IMG/VR virus record: IMGVR_UViG_3300048857_000049
Span: 1-44,358 of that record
Length of the DNA: 44,358 nt
Source of the DNA: a virus
Taxonomy: Duplodnaviria; Caudoviricetes
Reading direction: 5' to 3' (one strand)
Part shown: in pieces, positions 26,774-34,953 of the stretch
Layout of the letters: every line of letters starts with the position of its first letter
How positions within the stretch are numbered: position 1 is the stretch's first letter
Made by a program: the position numbers and the translations under genes
Notes under the pieces: generated by a model
Databases searched by the model: none
What the model was told of the DNA's origin: nothing
What the model saw: the letters and a program-made list of their open reading frames with translations, nothing else

Positions 26774-27084
26774 CGGGTGGCCTCGGTCTGGATGCGGTCG
26801 ATCTCGGCGGCGATGAGCGCCCCGGCCTTGACGAGCTCGCGGACGCGGTCGTCGGGCGTCGGCTTCCAGAAGCGCGACGGCCACGGCCAGGTGCGGGGCA
26901 GGGCGTCGCGGTCGAGCGGGTCACGGCCTCGGAAGCGGTCGGGGAGGGCGTAGGTGGCTCCGGCGAGCGCGAGGGCTCCTTCGTAGTCGTGCTCGGCGTC
27001 GTGCTCGGTCGTGTAGCCCTCGACGTCGATCTGGCGCTGTCGTTCGGCGGCGATCATCTCGATGCCGGTCTGCTGGGTGCTCAC
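26770..27084 (-). CDS. Conserved phage protein (AERQRQ..EGYTTEHD..WPW..WKP..LVKAGALIAAEIDR family)
   Basis: Widely conserved phage motif set; GAAGGAG RBS. Confidence 0.8.
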   Translation of the reverse strand: MSTQQTGIEMIAAERQRQIDVEGYTTEHDAEHDYEGALALAGATYALPDRFRGRDPLDRDALPRTWPWPSRFWKPTPDDRVRELVKAGALIAAEIDRIQTEATR

Positions 27085-27545
27085 GGGTGGGTCTCCTTCG
27101 TGGTGGTGCGGGCGGCTTGGATGGCGCGTCGGACGGTGCGTGCGCCGCGGAGGGTGGTGTCGAGCTGGTCGGGGGTGACGGCGAGGGTGTCGTCGCGGTT
27201 GTCGTCGGCGGCCTTGGTGTCGGCGACGCACCCGGTGCAGAGCCCGTCGGTGACCCGGACGGCGATGCTGTGGGTCGGGCACTTCGCGGGGCGGGTCTCG
27301 CGGCCGCCGGCGAACGGCATCGCGACCCAGTGGGGGCCGTCCATGCCGATGACGACGGGCAGGCGGGCGTCGGGGCTGACGGCGCAGCGGATCGCGGCGA
27401 CGGCAAGGTCGGCGGCGTCTGCCTTCCCGCGGGCGGTGACCAGCGCTGCCCTGACGCCCACGACGTCCCACTTCTTGTCGCCGGAGAGGAGGCTGACGAG
27501 CTGCGCGAGGGGTCGGATCTGGTCGTCGGTGATCCTCGTCATCAT
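27081..27545 (-). CDS. Hypothetical protein downstream of the replication initiator
   Basis: Coupled to rep; DGPHW and CPTH..CTGC motifs. Confidence 0.7.
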   Translation of the reverse strand: MMTRITDDQIRPLAQLVSLLSGDKKWDVVGVRAALVTARGKADAADLAVAAIRCAVSPDARLPVVIGMDGPHWVAMPFAGGRETRPAKCPTHSIAVRVTDGLCTGCVADTKAADDNRDDTLAVTPDQLDTTLRGARTVRRAIQAARTTTKETHP

Positions 27546-28183
27546 CCGTTCGCCGCCTCGCGCGTTACGGAAGGTGACGATGATGAAGAGGAGATAGGAG
27601 GAAGGGAGTTAGGGAGGATAGGAGTTGCCGAAGGGTGACCCGATCCCTGATCGGAAGGGTTCTCGGAACCCTTTTCGGAAGGGTTCCCCGAGGGGTTCCA
27701 CGACAGGTCGGCGATGGCCTCCGTCGGGCTCATCGACCGCTTCTTGAGCAGCCCGGCGACGTGGTCCCAGCCGCGGAGGTCGGGCTGTGCACGCTTGAGC
27801 CGCTTCAACTCGTGCACGATCACGGCCCGCAGGTTCGCGGACCCGATCAGGGCGTGGGCCTTCACGAGGGCCTTGGCCATGTTCGGGGACTTCATCAGGC
27901 CGTCGTGCTTCACGAACGACCGGATGAGGACCTCCTCGGTGTCGGGGTCGACGATGAGGAACTGCCCGGCGACGAGCTCGGTGCCGTAGACGTTGACGTC
28001 GAACGCGGAGAGCTCAGCGGTGTGGCCGGCGATGCGGCCGGGCTTCCAGTCGGTGACGCCGACGAACGTGAGGGCGGGCGACGAGAGCAGGTGGAGGTAG
28101 AGCCACTGGGCGCCGGACGTGAGGTCGCGGAACTCGTCGTCGGACCAGATGTCGAGGCGCACGCGGGCGTGGTCCCGGGCCAT
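27542..28183 (-). CDS. Replication initiator (RepA-like, lambda O analogue)
   Basis: MARDHARVRLDIWSDDEFRDL..AQWLY..EEVLIRSFVKHDGL pattern of actinophage Rep proteins; internal iteron-like repeats. Confidence 0.8.
   Translation of the reverse strand: MARDHARVRLDIWSDDEFRDLTSGAQWLYLHLLSSPALTFVGVTDWKPGRIAGHTAELSAFDVNVYGTELVAGQFLIVDPDTEEVLIRSFVKHDGLMKSPNMAKALVKAHALIGSANLRAVIVHELKRLKRAQPDLRGWDHVAGLLKKRSMSPTEAIADLSWNPSGNPSEKGSENPSDQGSGHPSATPILPNSLPPISSSSSSPSVTREAANG
27628..27699. repeat. Iteron-like repeats, probable phage origin
   Basis: TCGGAAGGGTTC at 27651 and 27675, CCGAGGGGTTC at 27688, CCGAAGGGTG at 27628 and an inverted copy in between; roughly 12-bp period; adjacent purine-rich tract at 27585-27624. 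Confidence 0.7.
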
Positions 28184-28659
28184 CACGCCACCTCGCCTGG
28201 TCGCTCGGGCGAAGTGCCAGCTCCCGTACCTGTACCACCGGGGCCATGAGCGAACTGCTGACCGTCCTGGTCGTCCTCCGCGTGCTGCTGGCCGTGGTCC
28301 AGGTTGCGCGTGCCCTTCTGCGGCTCGTTCGAGAGCTCGAGGAGGACGTCGGCGTGGCGGGGCTGGTCGAGCGGGCACCAGCACCCCAGGTCCCGGCCGG
28401 CGAGCTCGGGCAGCCGCTTGCGCAGCTCGCCGGGCTCCCACCAGTCCGGGACGCGGGAGAGCGTCAGACCGTCGCCGACCTCGATCGTGAAGGTGCCCGT
28501 CGTCGTGAGCCAGGACCGGAACGCGTCGACCGCCCGCTGGGGGTCCGCGGCGCACCGGAACGGGTTCCCCCAGGGCCCGGGCCTGGCGACGATGACGGCG
28601 TCGGGGTGCTCGTGCCGCCAGGGCCGCTGCCGGGTCATCTGGATGCGCTTCGGCATCAC
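28183..28659 (-). CDS. DUF4326 domain protein
   Basis: PKRIQ..VARPGPWGNPF..LAGRDLGCWCPLDQPxHADVLLEL. Confidence 0.85.
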   Translation of the reverse strand: MMPKRIQMTRQRPWRHEHPDAVIVARPGPWGNPFRCAADPQRAVDAFRSWLTTTGTFTIEVGDGLTLSRVPDWWEPGELRKRLPELAGRDLGCWCPLDQPRHADVLLELSNEPQKGTRNLDHGQQHAEDDQDGQQFAHGPGGTGTGAGTSPERPGEVA

Positions 28660-28829
28660 CGCCCCTCCTTCCTGTTGTCAGTGCCGGACAGGGGGTGCCC
28701 GTACAGCTGCTGGTGTCGGCGTCGGCCGGCGGTGTCGCGGGTGTCGGGTTGGCCGCAGTGCCCGCAGATCACGACGACGCCCTCGGACAGGGCCCGGGCG
28801 ACCTGCTGGACCTCCTCGTCGCGGGTCAT
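28656..28829 (-). CDS. Small CxxC hypothetical protein
   Basis: Start/stop overlaps at both ends; CGHC..H..H. Confidence 0.6.
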   Translation of the reverse strand: MTRDEEVQQVARALSEGVVVICGHCGQPDTRDTAGRRRHQQLYGHPLSGTDNRKEGR

Positions 28830-29596
28830 GCGGTCACCTGCCGGAAGTCGAGGGCGCCCTGGTCGCCGGCGGCGAGGCGGGTGGCGGTGCGCTCGCACTG
28901 GGACTCGCGCTTCTCGATGAGGACTGCGCGACGGCCGGTCGATCGTGCGGCGGCCCCTGTGGACCCGGACCCGGCGAAGATGTCGAGGACGACCCCGCCG
29001 GGCGGGACGGCGTACTCGATGAGCGGGACGAGGAGCTCGACGGGCTTCTCGGTCTCGTTGATCGCGCGGCCGTGCATCGACCGCTCGTAGATGACGGAGC
29101 GCGCGAGGCGCGGGCCGCCGTCCTCGGAGATGTAGTGCGACGGGCCTCGCGCGCCCTGGTGGTGGACGGGCTTCGCCTTGCGTCGGACGGTGCGCGCGGT
29201 CGCGTCGTCCGTCGTCGGGGTGGCGTGGTGGATCTCGTCCCAGGGGCCGCGGTACCAGTGCAGCGCGTGCTCGTGCACCCGCTTGAACCGGTCGGCGTTC
29301 AGGCCGGAGCCGTTGTGCTTCTCCCAGACGACGTCCTGCGACAGGCGCCACCCGTCGAACTCGTCGCGTCGATCGAGGAACATCCGCATCGACCCGAAGC
29401 ACCACATCGAGCGGGCGTGCTCGGCGGCGATCGACGGCCAGCGGGTCGGCCAGATGTCCCAGTCGAGCGTGGTCTCGCCGTAGGGCGGGTCGGTGACGAT
29501 GGCGTCGGCCGTGACGTCGATCGCGGGGAGCACGTCGCGGAAGTCGCCGAGATACAGCTGCACCGACGCGTCCTGGTAGTACGGGGCGGGGTTCAT
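28826..29596 (-). CDS. Orphan DNA amino-methyltransferase (N6-A/N4-C, beta class)
   Basis: Motif IV TDPPY near the N-terminus; TEKP and motif I LDIFAGSGST near the C-terminus. Confidence 0.92.
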   Translation of the reverse strand: MNPAPYYQDASVQLYLGDFRDVLPAIDVTADAIVTDPPYGETTLDWDIWPTRWPSIAAEHARSMWCFGSMRMFLDRRDEFDGWRLSQDVVWEKHNGSGLNADRFKRVHEHALHWYRGPWDEIHHATPTTDDATARTVRRKAKPVHHQGARGPSHYISEDGGPRLARSVIYERSMHGRAINETEKPVELLVPLIEYAVPPGGVVLDIFAGSGSTGAAARSTGRRAVLIEKRESQCERTATRLAAGDQGALDFRQVTA

Positions 29597-29955
29597 GGGC
29601 GCTCTCCGGTGAGGAGGGCGACGAGGTCGCCGAGGGTGCAGGTGACGTACTGCTCGGCCGGGTCGGTGGTGCCCCGCCTCTTGTGGACCACGAGCCCGAC
29701 GAGGGCGTCGTCGTTCCCGGCCTCGAGGTGGGCCTCGCGGACCCACCCGGACAGGTCGAGGCGGGAGACGTCCTTGAGCTCGAGGACGATGCGGCGGCCG
29801 CGGTGGCGGAGGCCGGTGATGTCGCCGCGGTCCTTGGCGCCGGTGCGGACCCGGCGGTCGATGCGGTCGTCGTCGAGGACGTGGGCGAGCCAGTTCGCGA
29901 TGGACCGCTCGAAGCGGCTGCCGGCTGCCTTGGCCGACGAGCGGGTGCGGGTCAT
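29593..29955 (-). CDS. Holliday junction resolvase-like PD-(D/E)XK nuclease
   Basis: KAAGSRFE..GAKDRGDI..VLELKD..WVREAHLEAGN..VVHKRRG. Confidence 0.85.
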   Translation of the reverse strand: MTRTRSSAKAAGSRFERSIANWLAHVLDDDRIDRRVRTGAKDRGDITGLRHRGRRIVLELKDVSRLDLSGWVREAHLEAGNDDALVGLVVHKRRGTTDPAEQYVTCTLGDLVALLTGERP

Positions 29956-30257
29956 GCGGGCACCCCCCGCCAGGCGGTGATGGGCAGGACGGTCATCCCG
30001 AGCTGGTGTGCCACGTGGACCTCGAGTGCGGCGCCGCGGGACGCCTCCCAGCCCGGGAGGACGGCGACGGCGTCGCAGTCGAGGAGCATCCGGAGGTCAG
30101 CGCGGAGGTAATCGGCCCAGGTCTGCTCGGGGACCTCGGCGTCACCGGGGTCGACGGGCTCGTGGTCGAGGCGGCGCAGGTCCGCGGCGGCGTTCTTGAA
30201 CGCGGTGCGGTTGAAGTCGGGGTAGCCGGTCATCGGGCCGGAGATGTAGACGCGCAT
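29952..30257 (-). CDS. DUF4406 protein (nucleoside 2-deoxyribosyltransferase-like fold)
   Basis: VYISGPMTG..FN..AF, LLDCDAVAVLPGWEASRGAALE. Confidence 0.88.
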   Translation of the reverse strand: MRVYISGPMTGYPDFNRTAFKNAAADLRRLDHEPVDPGDAEVPEQTWADYLRADLRMLLDCDAVAVLPGWEASRGAALEVHVAHQLGMTVLPITAWRGVPA

Positions 30258-30721
30258 CAGAACGGCGGGGTGTCGGAGTAGGAGGAACCGCCGCCGGCGG
30301 GGGTTGCCCAGGGGTCGTCCTGCGGCGCGGCGCCCGCCGGGCGGGCGGTCCCGCCCTGGCCGCGCTGGGCGCGGGTCACGGTCGCGGTCGCGAACCGCAG
30401 GGACGGGCCGACGTGCTCGACCTGGACCTCCCAGACGGTGCGCTTCTCCCCGTCGCGGGTCTCGTAGTCGCGGGACGCGAGGGTGCCGGTGACGATGACC
30501 TCGGTGCCCTTCGTGAGGGACTCGGCGGCGTTCTCGGCGGCGTCGCGCCAGACGGAGCAGCGGTAGAAGTCGGTGCCCTCGTCGCGCCACTCGTTGGTCT
30601 GGCGGTCGAACTTCCGGCGGTTCACGGCGGTGGTCCAGTTCGCGATGGGGGCGCCGGACGGGGTGAACCTGAGCTCGGGGTCCGCGGTGAGCCGGCCGAC
30701 GATCGTGATGGGGGTGGTCAT
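30257..30721 (-). CDS. ssb: Single-stranded DNA-binding protein
   Basis: [34 protein letters not shown]. Confidence 0.95.
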   Translation of the reverse strand: MTTPITIVGRLTADPELRFTPSGAPIANWTTAVNRRKFDRQTNEWRDEGTDFYRCSVWRDAAENAAESLTKGTEVIVTGTLASRDYETRDGEKRTVWEVQVEHVGPSLRFATATVTRAQRGQGGTARPAGAAPQDDPWATPAGGGSSYSDTPPF

Positions 30722-30972
30722 GCTGCTGTGCTCCTGTGGTGGTCTCGGATGGTCTCGGCGGGGACTTCGGCGATGAGGACGCGGCGGGCGCCGCCGGACC
30801 CGGGGACGCCGCGGCCCTTGGCGATGCGGACGGCGCAGTGGGCGGTGTCACCGGTGATGACGAGCCCGTGGCGTCGGGCGACGGCGGGCAGGTCGGCGCG
30901 GGCTTCGGCGATGAGGTCGGCGGTCGGGATGGTGTCGTCGGTGACGGGCCAGATCGCCCGCAGGACGCTCAC
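30718..30972 (-). CDS. Hypothetical protein
   Basis: Coupled at both ends; LRAIWPV..LIAEA pattern. Confidence 0.65.
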   Translation of the reverse strand: MSVLRAIWPVTDDTIPTADLIAEARADLPAVARRHGLVITGDTAHCAVRIAKGRGVPGSGGARRVLIAEVPAETIRDHHRSTAA

Positions 30973-31274
30973 CGGAGCCGCCCCTTCTTGCGGCGCAGGA
31001 GCGCCCGCTTGCGGTCGGTCTCGTCGAGGCCGCCCCAGATGCCGTCGTGCTGCAGGGCGCCCGGGGTGAGCGCGAACGCCGCGCATTGGTCGATGACGTG
31101 GCAGCGGCGGCACACGGCCTTCGCGGCTTCGATGCCGGACAGGTCCGAGGGGTTCGGGAAGAACAGCTCGGGGTCCTCGGTGAGGCACGCGGCGTCGTTG
31201 CGCCAGTCCTCGCCGGGGTCGTTCTCGCGCTGGTCGGTCGGGCGGGTCACGGTGAACGCGGGCAGAGGCTTCAT
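30969..31274 (-). CDS. whiB: WhiB family transcriptional regulator
   Basis: WRNDAAC..DPELFFP..AKAVCRRCHVIDQC..GIWGG; four Cys. Confidence 0.95.
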   Translation of the reverse strand: MKPLPAFTVTRPTDQRENDPGEDWRNDAACLTEDPELFFPNPSDLSGIEAAKAVCRRCHVIDQCAAFALTPGALQHDGIWGGLDETDRKRALLRRKKGRLR

Positions 31275-31342
31275 CGGGTCACCGCCGTGGTGTTCTTGTC
31301 CTGCTGGCCTGGTCGGCGGTTTACGGTGTGCGGGTCGGACAT
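31271..31342 (-). CDS. 23-aa leader ORF coupled to whiB
   Basis: GAAGGAG RBS; ATG at 31342; stop overlaps the whiB ATG (ATGA). Confidence 0.5.
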   Translation of the reverse strand: MSDPHTVNRRPGQQDKNTTAVTR

Positions 31343-31368
31343 GGTCCGGCTCCTTCGTGAGCGGAGGA

Positions 31369-31417
31369 GACCTGGCAGCGGGGTCGGTCTTGGCGGGTCG
31401 GTTCCCGCTGCCAGGTC
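31369..31417 (-). terminator. 14-bp stem hairpin with a CCGCCAAGA-containing loop
   Basis: GACCTGGCAGCGGG / CCCGCTGCCAGGTC perfect arms in an intergenic gap; no U-tract. Confidence 0.55.
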
Positions 31418-31429
31418 ATGAAGGTGGGG

Positions 31430-31789
31430 TCAGGTGAAGTCCGTGCTTGTGAACGAGAAGTGGTCGCCGTCGAGCCAGTCGTTCTCGCTCGTTGCGTAGT
31501 GGTCGACCATCCACTCGTACTGACGACGCCGGCTCGCGTAGTCGGTTGCTTCGACTTCGGCGATGAAGGACTCGGCGGTGTGCGTCCTGTCGTACTCGTC
31601 GGTGATGGTCGGGCGCGGGTGGGACAGGAGCGCCCTCTTCCAGTCCTGCCATGACCGGATCGGACCCCACGGCGAGGCCTCGTGCCCCTGGAACATGACC
31701 AGGGACTTCCCTATGTGCAGGGTCTCCACGGAGCAGTGCGCGCACGGGCTAGGGCACGGGGCCTCGGTCGCGTAGTAGTTCGTGCCCAT
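31430..31789 (-). CDS. Conserved phage hypothetical protein (MGTNYY..LHIGKS family)
   Basis: MGTNYY, CxxC, LHIGKS, SWQDW, ITDEY motifs. Confidence 0.8.
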   Translation of the reverse strand: MGTNYYATEAPCPSPCAHCSVETLHIGKSLVMFQGHEASPWGPIRSWQDWKRALLSHPRPTITDEYDRTHTAESFIAEVEATDYASRRRQYEWMVDHYATSENDWLDGDHFSFTSTDFT

Positions 31790-32322
31790 CACTTGCCCCC
31801 TTCCGCGTTGGTGATCTCGTCCCGGCGGGCGCGGATGAGTCCGCGCATCTCGGGTCCGGCGACGTCGTGCATGGCACGGAGTCGGTTGAGGTCGCTGCAC
31901 GCGGCGATCTCGTCGGCGGTCGGCTCGCGGCGCGGGGGTGGCGCGTCGGGCAGCGGCTCGACGGTGTGCGCGGCCCTCTTGCCGCGGGTGGCGGTGAGCG
32001 CGACGGTGAGCGGCTTGTCGATGCCGGACAGGTGACTCACCCTGATCCCGCCGGTGAGGTCCTTTCCGAAGCGGATCGACGGGTCCCGGTAGAGGCGGAC
32101 ACGCTTCCCGACCCAGTTGGCCGCGTCATCGCCCCAGGCGGCCATAAGGAGCCGGAGGACGGTGAGCGGGGGTCGCCAGCAGCGGGTTTCGCCTTCGAGG
32201 AGCACGTCGTACTTCTGCTCGGCGGTTCCGGCGCGGACTCCGGCGACGGTGAAGTCGCGCGGGCCCTGGACGAGGTCGTCAGCGTTGTACTGGTCAGAGC
32301 GGGGCTCAGCGGTGATCTTCAT
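31789..32322 (-). CDS. Conserved protein partnering the exonuclease (putative recombination / ssDNA-binding factor)
   Basis: PRSDQYNADDL..AWGDD..LYRDPSIRFG..GGIRVSHLS; TGATG-coupled to the exonuclease. Confidence 0.75.
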   Translation of the reverse strand: MKITAEPRSDQYNADDLVQGPRDFTVAGVRAGTAEQKYDVLLEGETRCWRPPLTVLRLLMAAWGDDAANWVGKRVRLYRDPSIRFGKDLTGGIRVSHLSGIDKPLTVALTATRGKRAAHTVEPLPDAPPPRREPTADEIAACSDLNRLRAMHDVAGPEMRGLIRARRDEITNAEGGK

Positions 32323-33179
32323 CAGAGGGTCAGCTCCAGGTCGTCCTCGTCGTCGTAGAGGTAGTAGCCGGGCGGGTCGATGGGTTCGGGCTCGCCGGGC
32401 TGGTCGTCGTCGCCGGGCCACGTGTCGGTGGCGAGGCATGCGGCGTAGGTGTCGATGGCGCGTCGCATGGCTCGCTCGCCGCCGAGGGCCCAGAGGGGGT
32501 TCGCGAAGCTGACGACGCGGACCTCGTGCGGCGGCTCCTTCTCGACGAAGATCAGCACGGTGGGTGCGGGGTCGAGTCCGTTGATGCGAAGGAGGTGCCG
32601 GTATGCCTCGGACTGAATGTCGTACCCGAAGTTGACGATGGTTCGGGCGAGGTTGTGCCGGCGGACGTCGTTGGTGGTCTTGACGTCGACGTTGATCGCG
32701 GTGTCGGTGAGGTAGTCGATGCGGCCGCGGAGACGGACCCCGGTGTCGGGGTCGCGGCCGAAGAGCGACACCTCCGCGTGTCCGGGGAGCTGCAGCAGCG
32801 CCGACGCCTTGGGGTGCGTGAGGACGGCTTCGGCAATCGAGTCGACCTCGGCGAGCACGTCGGCCTTGACGGGCACGAGCCCGTCGGCGCGGGCCTGTGC
32901 GATGAACGCCTTGGCCTCGAGCGTCGACGCGGCGCCGTTCTTCGCGAGCAGCGCCTCGGGGATGACGGCGACGTCCATGCCGACGCCGAGGATCTTCGCG
33001 TGGACGGCGTGCCCGAAGTCGAACGCGGTCTTCTCGACGCGGTGGTCGATCATCTGGCGGTAGTGCTTGGGGGAGCGGAGGATCCACTTCATGCCGGTTG
33101 CGGACAGGCCGGGCATGGCGTGGTAGGCCGCGTCGGGGATGCCGTGGATCAGCCCGGTTGGCTCGGGGGCGGCGGTCAC
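32322..33179 (-). CDS. RecE / exonuclease VIII-like PD-(D/E)XK nuclease (DUF3799-like)
   Basis: DAAYHA..LSAT..SP, FGHAVH, AEVS, RGRID, DVKT, GYDIQ..Y, VEKEPP. Confidence 0.9.
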   Translation of the reverse strand: MTAAPEPTGLIHGIPDAAYHAMPGLSATGMKWILRSPKHYRQMIDHRVEKTAFDFGHAVHAKILGVGMDVAVIPEALLAKNGAASTLEAKAFIAQARADGLVPVKADVLAEVDSIAEAVLTHPKASALLQLPGHAEVSLFGRDPDTGVRLRGRIDYLTDTAINVDVKTTNDVRRHNLARTIVNFGYDIQSEAYRHLLRINGLDPAPTVLIFVEKEPPHEVRVVSFANPLWALGGERAMRRAIDTYAACLATDTWPGDDDQPGEPEPIDPPGYYLYDDEDDLELTL

Positions 33180-33463
33180 GGCTGCTCGCCCCGGGCGATG
33201 CGGGCGAGTCGCTCCGTGAGGTCTGCGGCGCCCTCCATCGAACCCTCGGCCCACACGGAGGCGTCACCGGTGGACCATGCCTCGAGCCACTGCGTGAGCG
33301 GCTCGCGGAGCTCGAGCATCTCCCGCGCCACCTGCTCACGGACGGCGGCCTCGACTCGGTCGGCGGCGTACTTGGCCCGTGCGATCTGCTCCTCGTCGTT
33401 GGTGTAGTCGGCTCCCAGGGCAAGGACGGCCGCCTCCTGTGCGGGTGTCAGGTCGTTGCTCAC
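33176..33463 (-). CDS. Hypothetical protein
   Basis: AAGGAG RBS; coupled at both ends. Confidence 0.7.
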   Translation of the reverse strand: MSNDLTPAQEAAVLALGADYTNDEEQIARAKYAADRVEAAVREQVAREMLELREPLTQWLEAWSTGDASVWAEGSMEGAADLTERLARIARGEQP

Positions 33464-33639
33464 GATGTGCGCTCCTTGATGGTCATGCACTGTTGGCAGT
33501 GGTCGGGGCAGGGGAGTCGTGCGACGTCGCAGTGGGGGCATTGGCTGCGGTCGGTGCGTCGGGTGCCGCATCGGCATTCGGTTCCGGGGCCGGCGGTGAA
33601 GCGGTGCGGTCGCGGTTTCGGCTGCTGCGGGCGGTTCAT
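33460..33639 (-). CDS. Small Cys-rich protein
   Basis: 59 aa with seven Cys; coupled at both ends. Confidence 0.6.
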   Translation of the reverse strand: MNRPQQPKPRPHRFTAGPGTECRCGTRRTDRSQCPHCDVARLPCPDHCQQCMTIKERTS

Positions 33640-33839
33640 CGCGACATCACCCGCTCGTAGGTGGGCCCGAGCAGTGCGAGGGCTACGAAGAGGGCCATGC
33701 AAGTCGCGGCACGCCTGGTCCAGGACGGCACGCGCCCGTCTTCGTCGCGCCAGGCCCACGCGATGTAGCAGACAGTCCCGTAGTAGGCCCCGATCGCAGG
33801 GACCCACAGGAGGACGGCTAGGTCAGCCCAGGCGATCAT
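33636..33839 (-). CDS. Small two-TM membrane protein
   Basis: Two hydrophobic segments; ATGA overlaps. Confidence 0.65.
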   Translation of the reverse strand: MIAWADLAVLLWVPAIGAYYGTVCYIAWAWRDEDGRVPSWTRRAATCMALFVALALLGPTYERVMSR

Positions 33840-34033
33840 CGCGGCACCTCGAAACCCTGCTCGGTGAGGTACTTGACGAAAGCCAACTTCCGGCGTTCGC
33901 GGTCGGTGACGCGCTGCTGGGCTGCGCGCTCCTCCTCTTCGATGTAGTCGAGGAGGATCTGCGCGTCCCGGATTTCCCGGTCGTACTCGGCCAATGCCTC
34001 GGCCACACGCGAAGGATCGATGTTCACGGTCAC
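33836..34033 (-). CDS. Small coiled-coil protein
   Basis: GTGA overlap; charged helical sequence. Confidence 0.65.
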   Translation of the reverse strand: MTVNIDPSRVAEALAEYDREIRDAQILLDYIEEEERAAQQRVTDRERRKLAFVKYLTEQGFEVPR

Positions 34034-34266
34034 CACCCCCATCCGTTGTCGGCCCGGTCGTCGCAGTCGGCGAAGTCGTAGGGCTGCGGGTCTGCGTCGT
34101 AGCAGTCGTCGCAGGCGAGTCCTTCGGGTGTGACGCGGACGGTGGTGTCGGTGCCGCAGGTGTCGCACTCGCCTTGGACGTGGCGTGCGGGGAGGCCGTT
34201 CGGTTCGTTGTCGATGCGGATGGCGTCGAGCTCGGCCAGGAACTCGCGATCCGTCAGGGCGGTCAT
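34030..34266 (-). CDS. Acidic Cys-containing hypothetical protein
   Basis: CDTC..CDDC; coupled at both ends. Confidence 0.65.
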   Translation of the reverse strand: MTALTDREFLAELDAIRIDNEPNGLPARHVQGECDTCGTDTTVRVTPEGLACDDCYDADPQPYDFADCDDRADNGWGW

Positions 34267-34481
34267 GCGTCGCCGTCCTCAAGCTCCGCGCCGATCGCGG
34301 CAAGCGCGAGCCGGGCCTGGTCGCGCTCCTTGTAGAGGGCCTCCCTGCGCTGTATCGCGCGGCCGATCTCGCCCTCGATAAGCCGGACCTCGTGGTTCAG
34401 GTAGCCGTGACGCTGACGCAGCGTCGCCTCGACATTGGTCAAGCCGGAGATGAGTTCCTCTACTGACAGATGTCCCATCAC
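34263..34481 (-). CDS. Small coiled-coil protein
   Basis: Heptad pattern; coupled at both ends. Confidence 0.65.
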   Translation of the reverse strand: MMGHLSVEELISGLTNVEATLRQRHGYLNHEVRLIEGEIGRAIQRREALYKERDQARLALAAIGAELEDGDA

Positions 34482-34798
34482 GCGACCGCCTTGTCGAGTG
34501 AGATGAGCCGGTCGAGGAGCAGCCCGCGCGCGTCGTAGTACGCGGAGTCCTCGGCCATGTGCTCGGGGGTGTCGATGCGCAGGGGCGGGGGGATCAGGGA
34601 CGCAAGCTTCTTCGCTGCGTCGATCACGGCGTCACGGGGGTCGGGGTGCTTGTGGTTCAGGCCGTCGATGACCTGCTGCATGACGGTGACGGCGGCTGCG
34701 GGGGGCATCTTGCCGACGGGCTGCCAGTCGACGGGGCTGCCTGGTCGGTCAGCCCACTCGATGGACCCGTCCGGGAACACGCGCGGTTCGATGGTCAC
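34478..34798 (-). CDS. Hypothetical protein
   Basis: AAGGAGG RBS; GTGA overlap. Confidence 0.7.
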   Translation of the reverse strand: MTIEPRVFPDGSIEWADRPGSPVDWQPVGKMPPAAAVTVMQQVIDGLNHKHPDPRDAVIDAAKKLASLIPPPLRIDTPEHMAEDSAYYDARGLLLDRLISLDKAVA

Positions 34799-34953
34799 TG
34801 GTCCTCCTTGATGGTTTCGATGAGTGCGTGGTCGCCGTGTCGGGCGGCCCACTTGACTGCGCGGCCGATGCACTTCGGGCGGGTGCACGCGGTCGCATGA
34901 CGGTTGCCGGCCACCACGTCGAAACGCGGGGCATGCAGGCACGCGCGGGTCAC
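34795..34953 (-). CDS. Small hypothetical protein
   Basis: GTGA overlaps at both ends. Confidence 0.5.
   Translation of the reverse strand: MTRACLHAPRFDVVAGNRHATACTRPKCIGRAVKWAARHGDHALIETIKEDQ

Noticed and set aside
28826-29955. MTase plus PD-(D/E)XK nuclease as a restriction-modification system
   Set aside because: The nuclease matches the small phage Holliday-junction-resolvase pattern and sits in the replication operon
28304-29980. Long alternative-frame and antisense ORFs (also 8465-9844, 16960-18111, 36854-38194, 40509-42413)
   Set aside because: Arg/Pro/Gly-rich shadows of real genes, expected at this GC content
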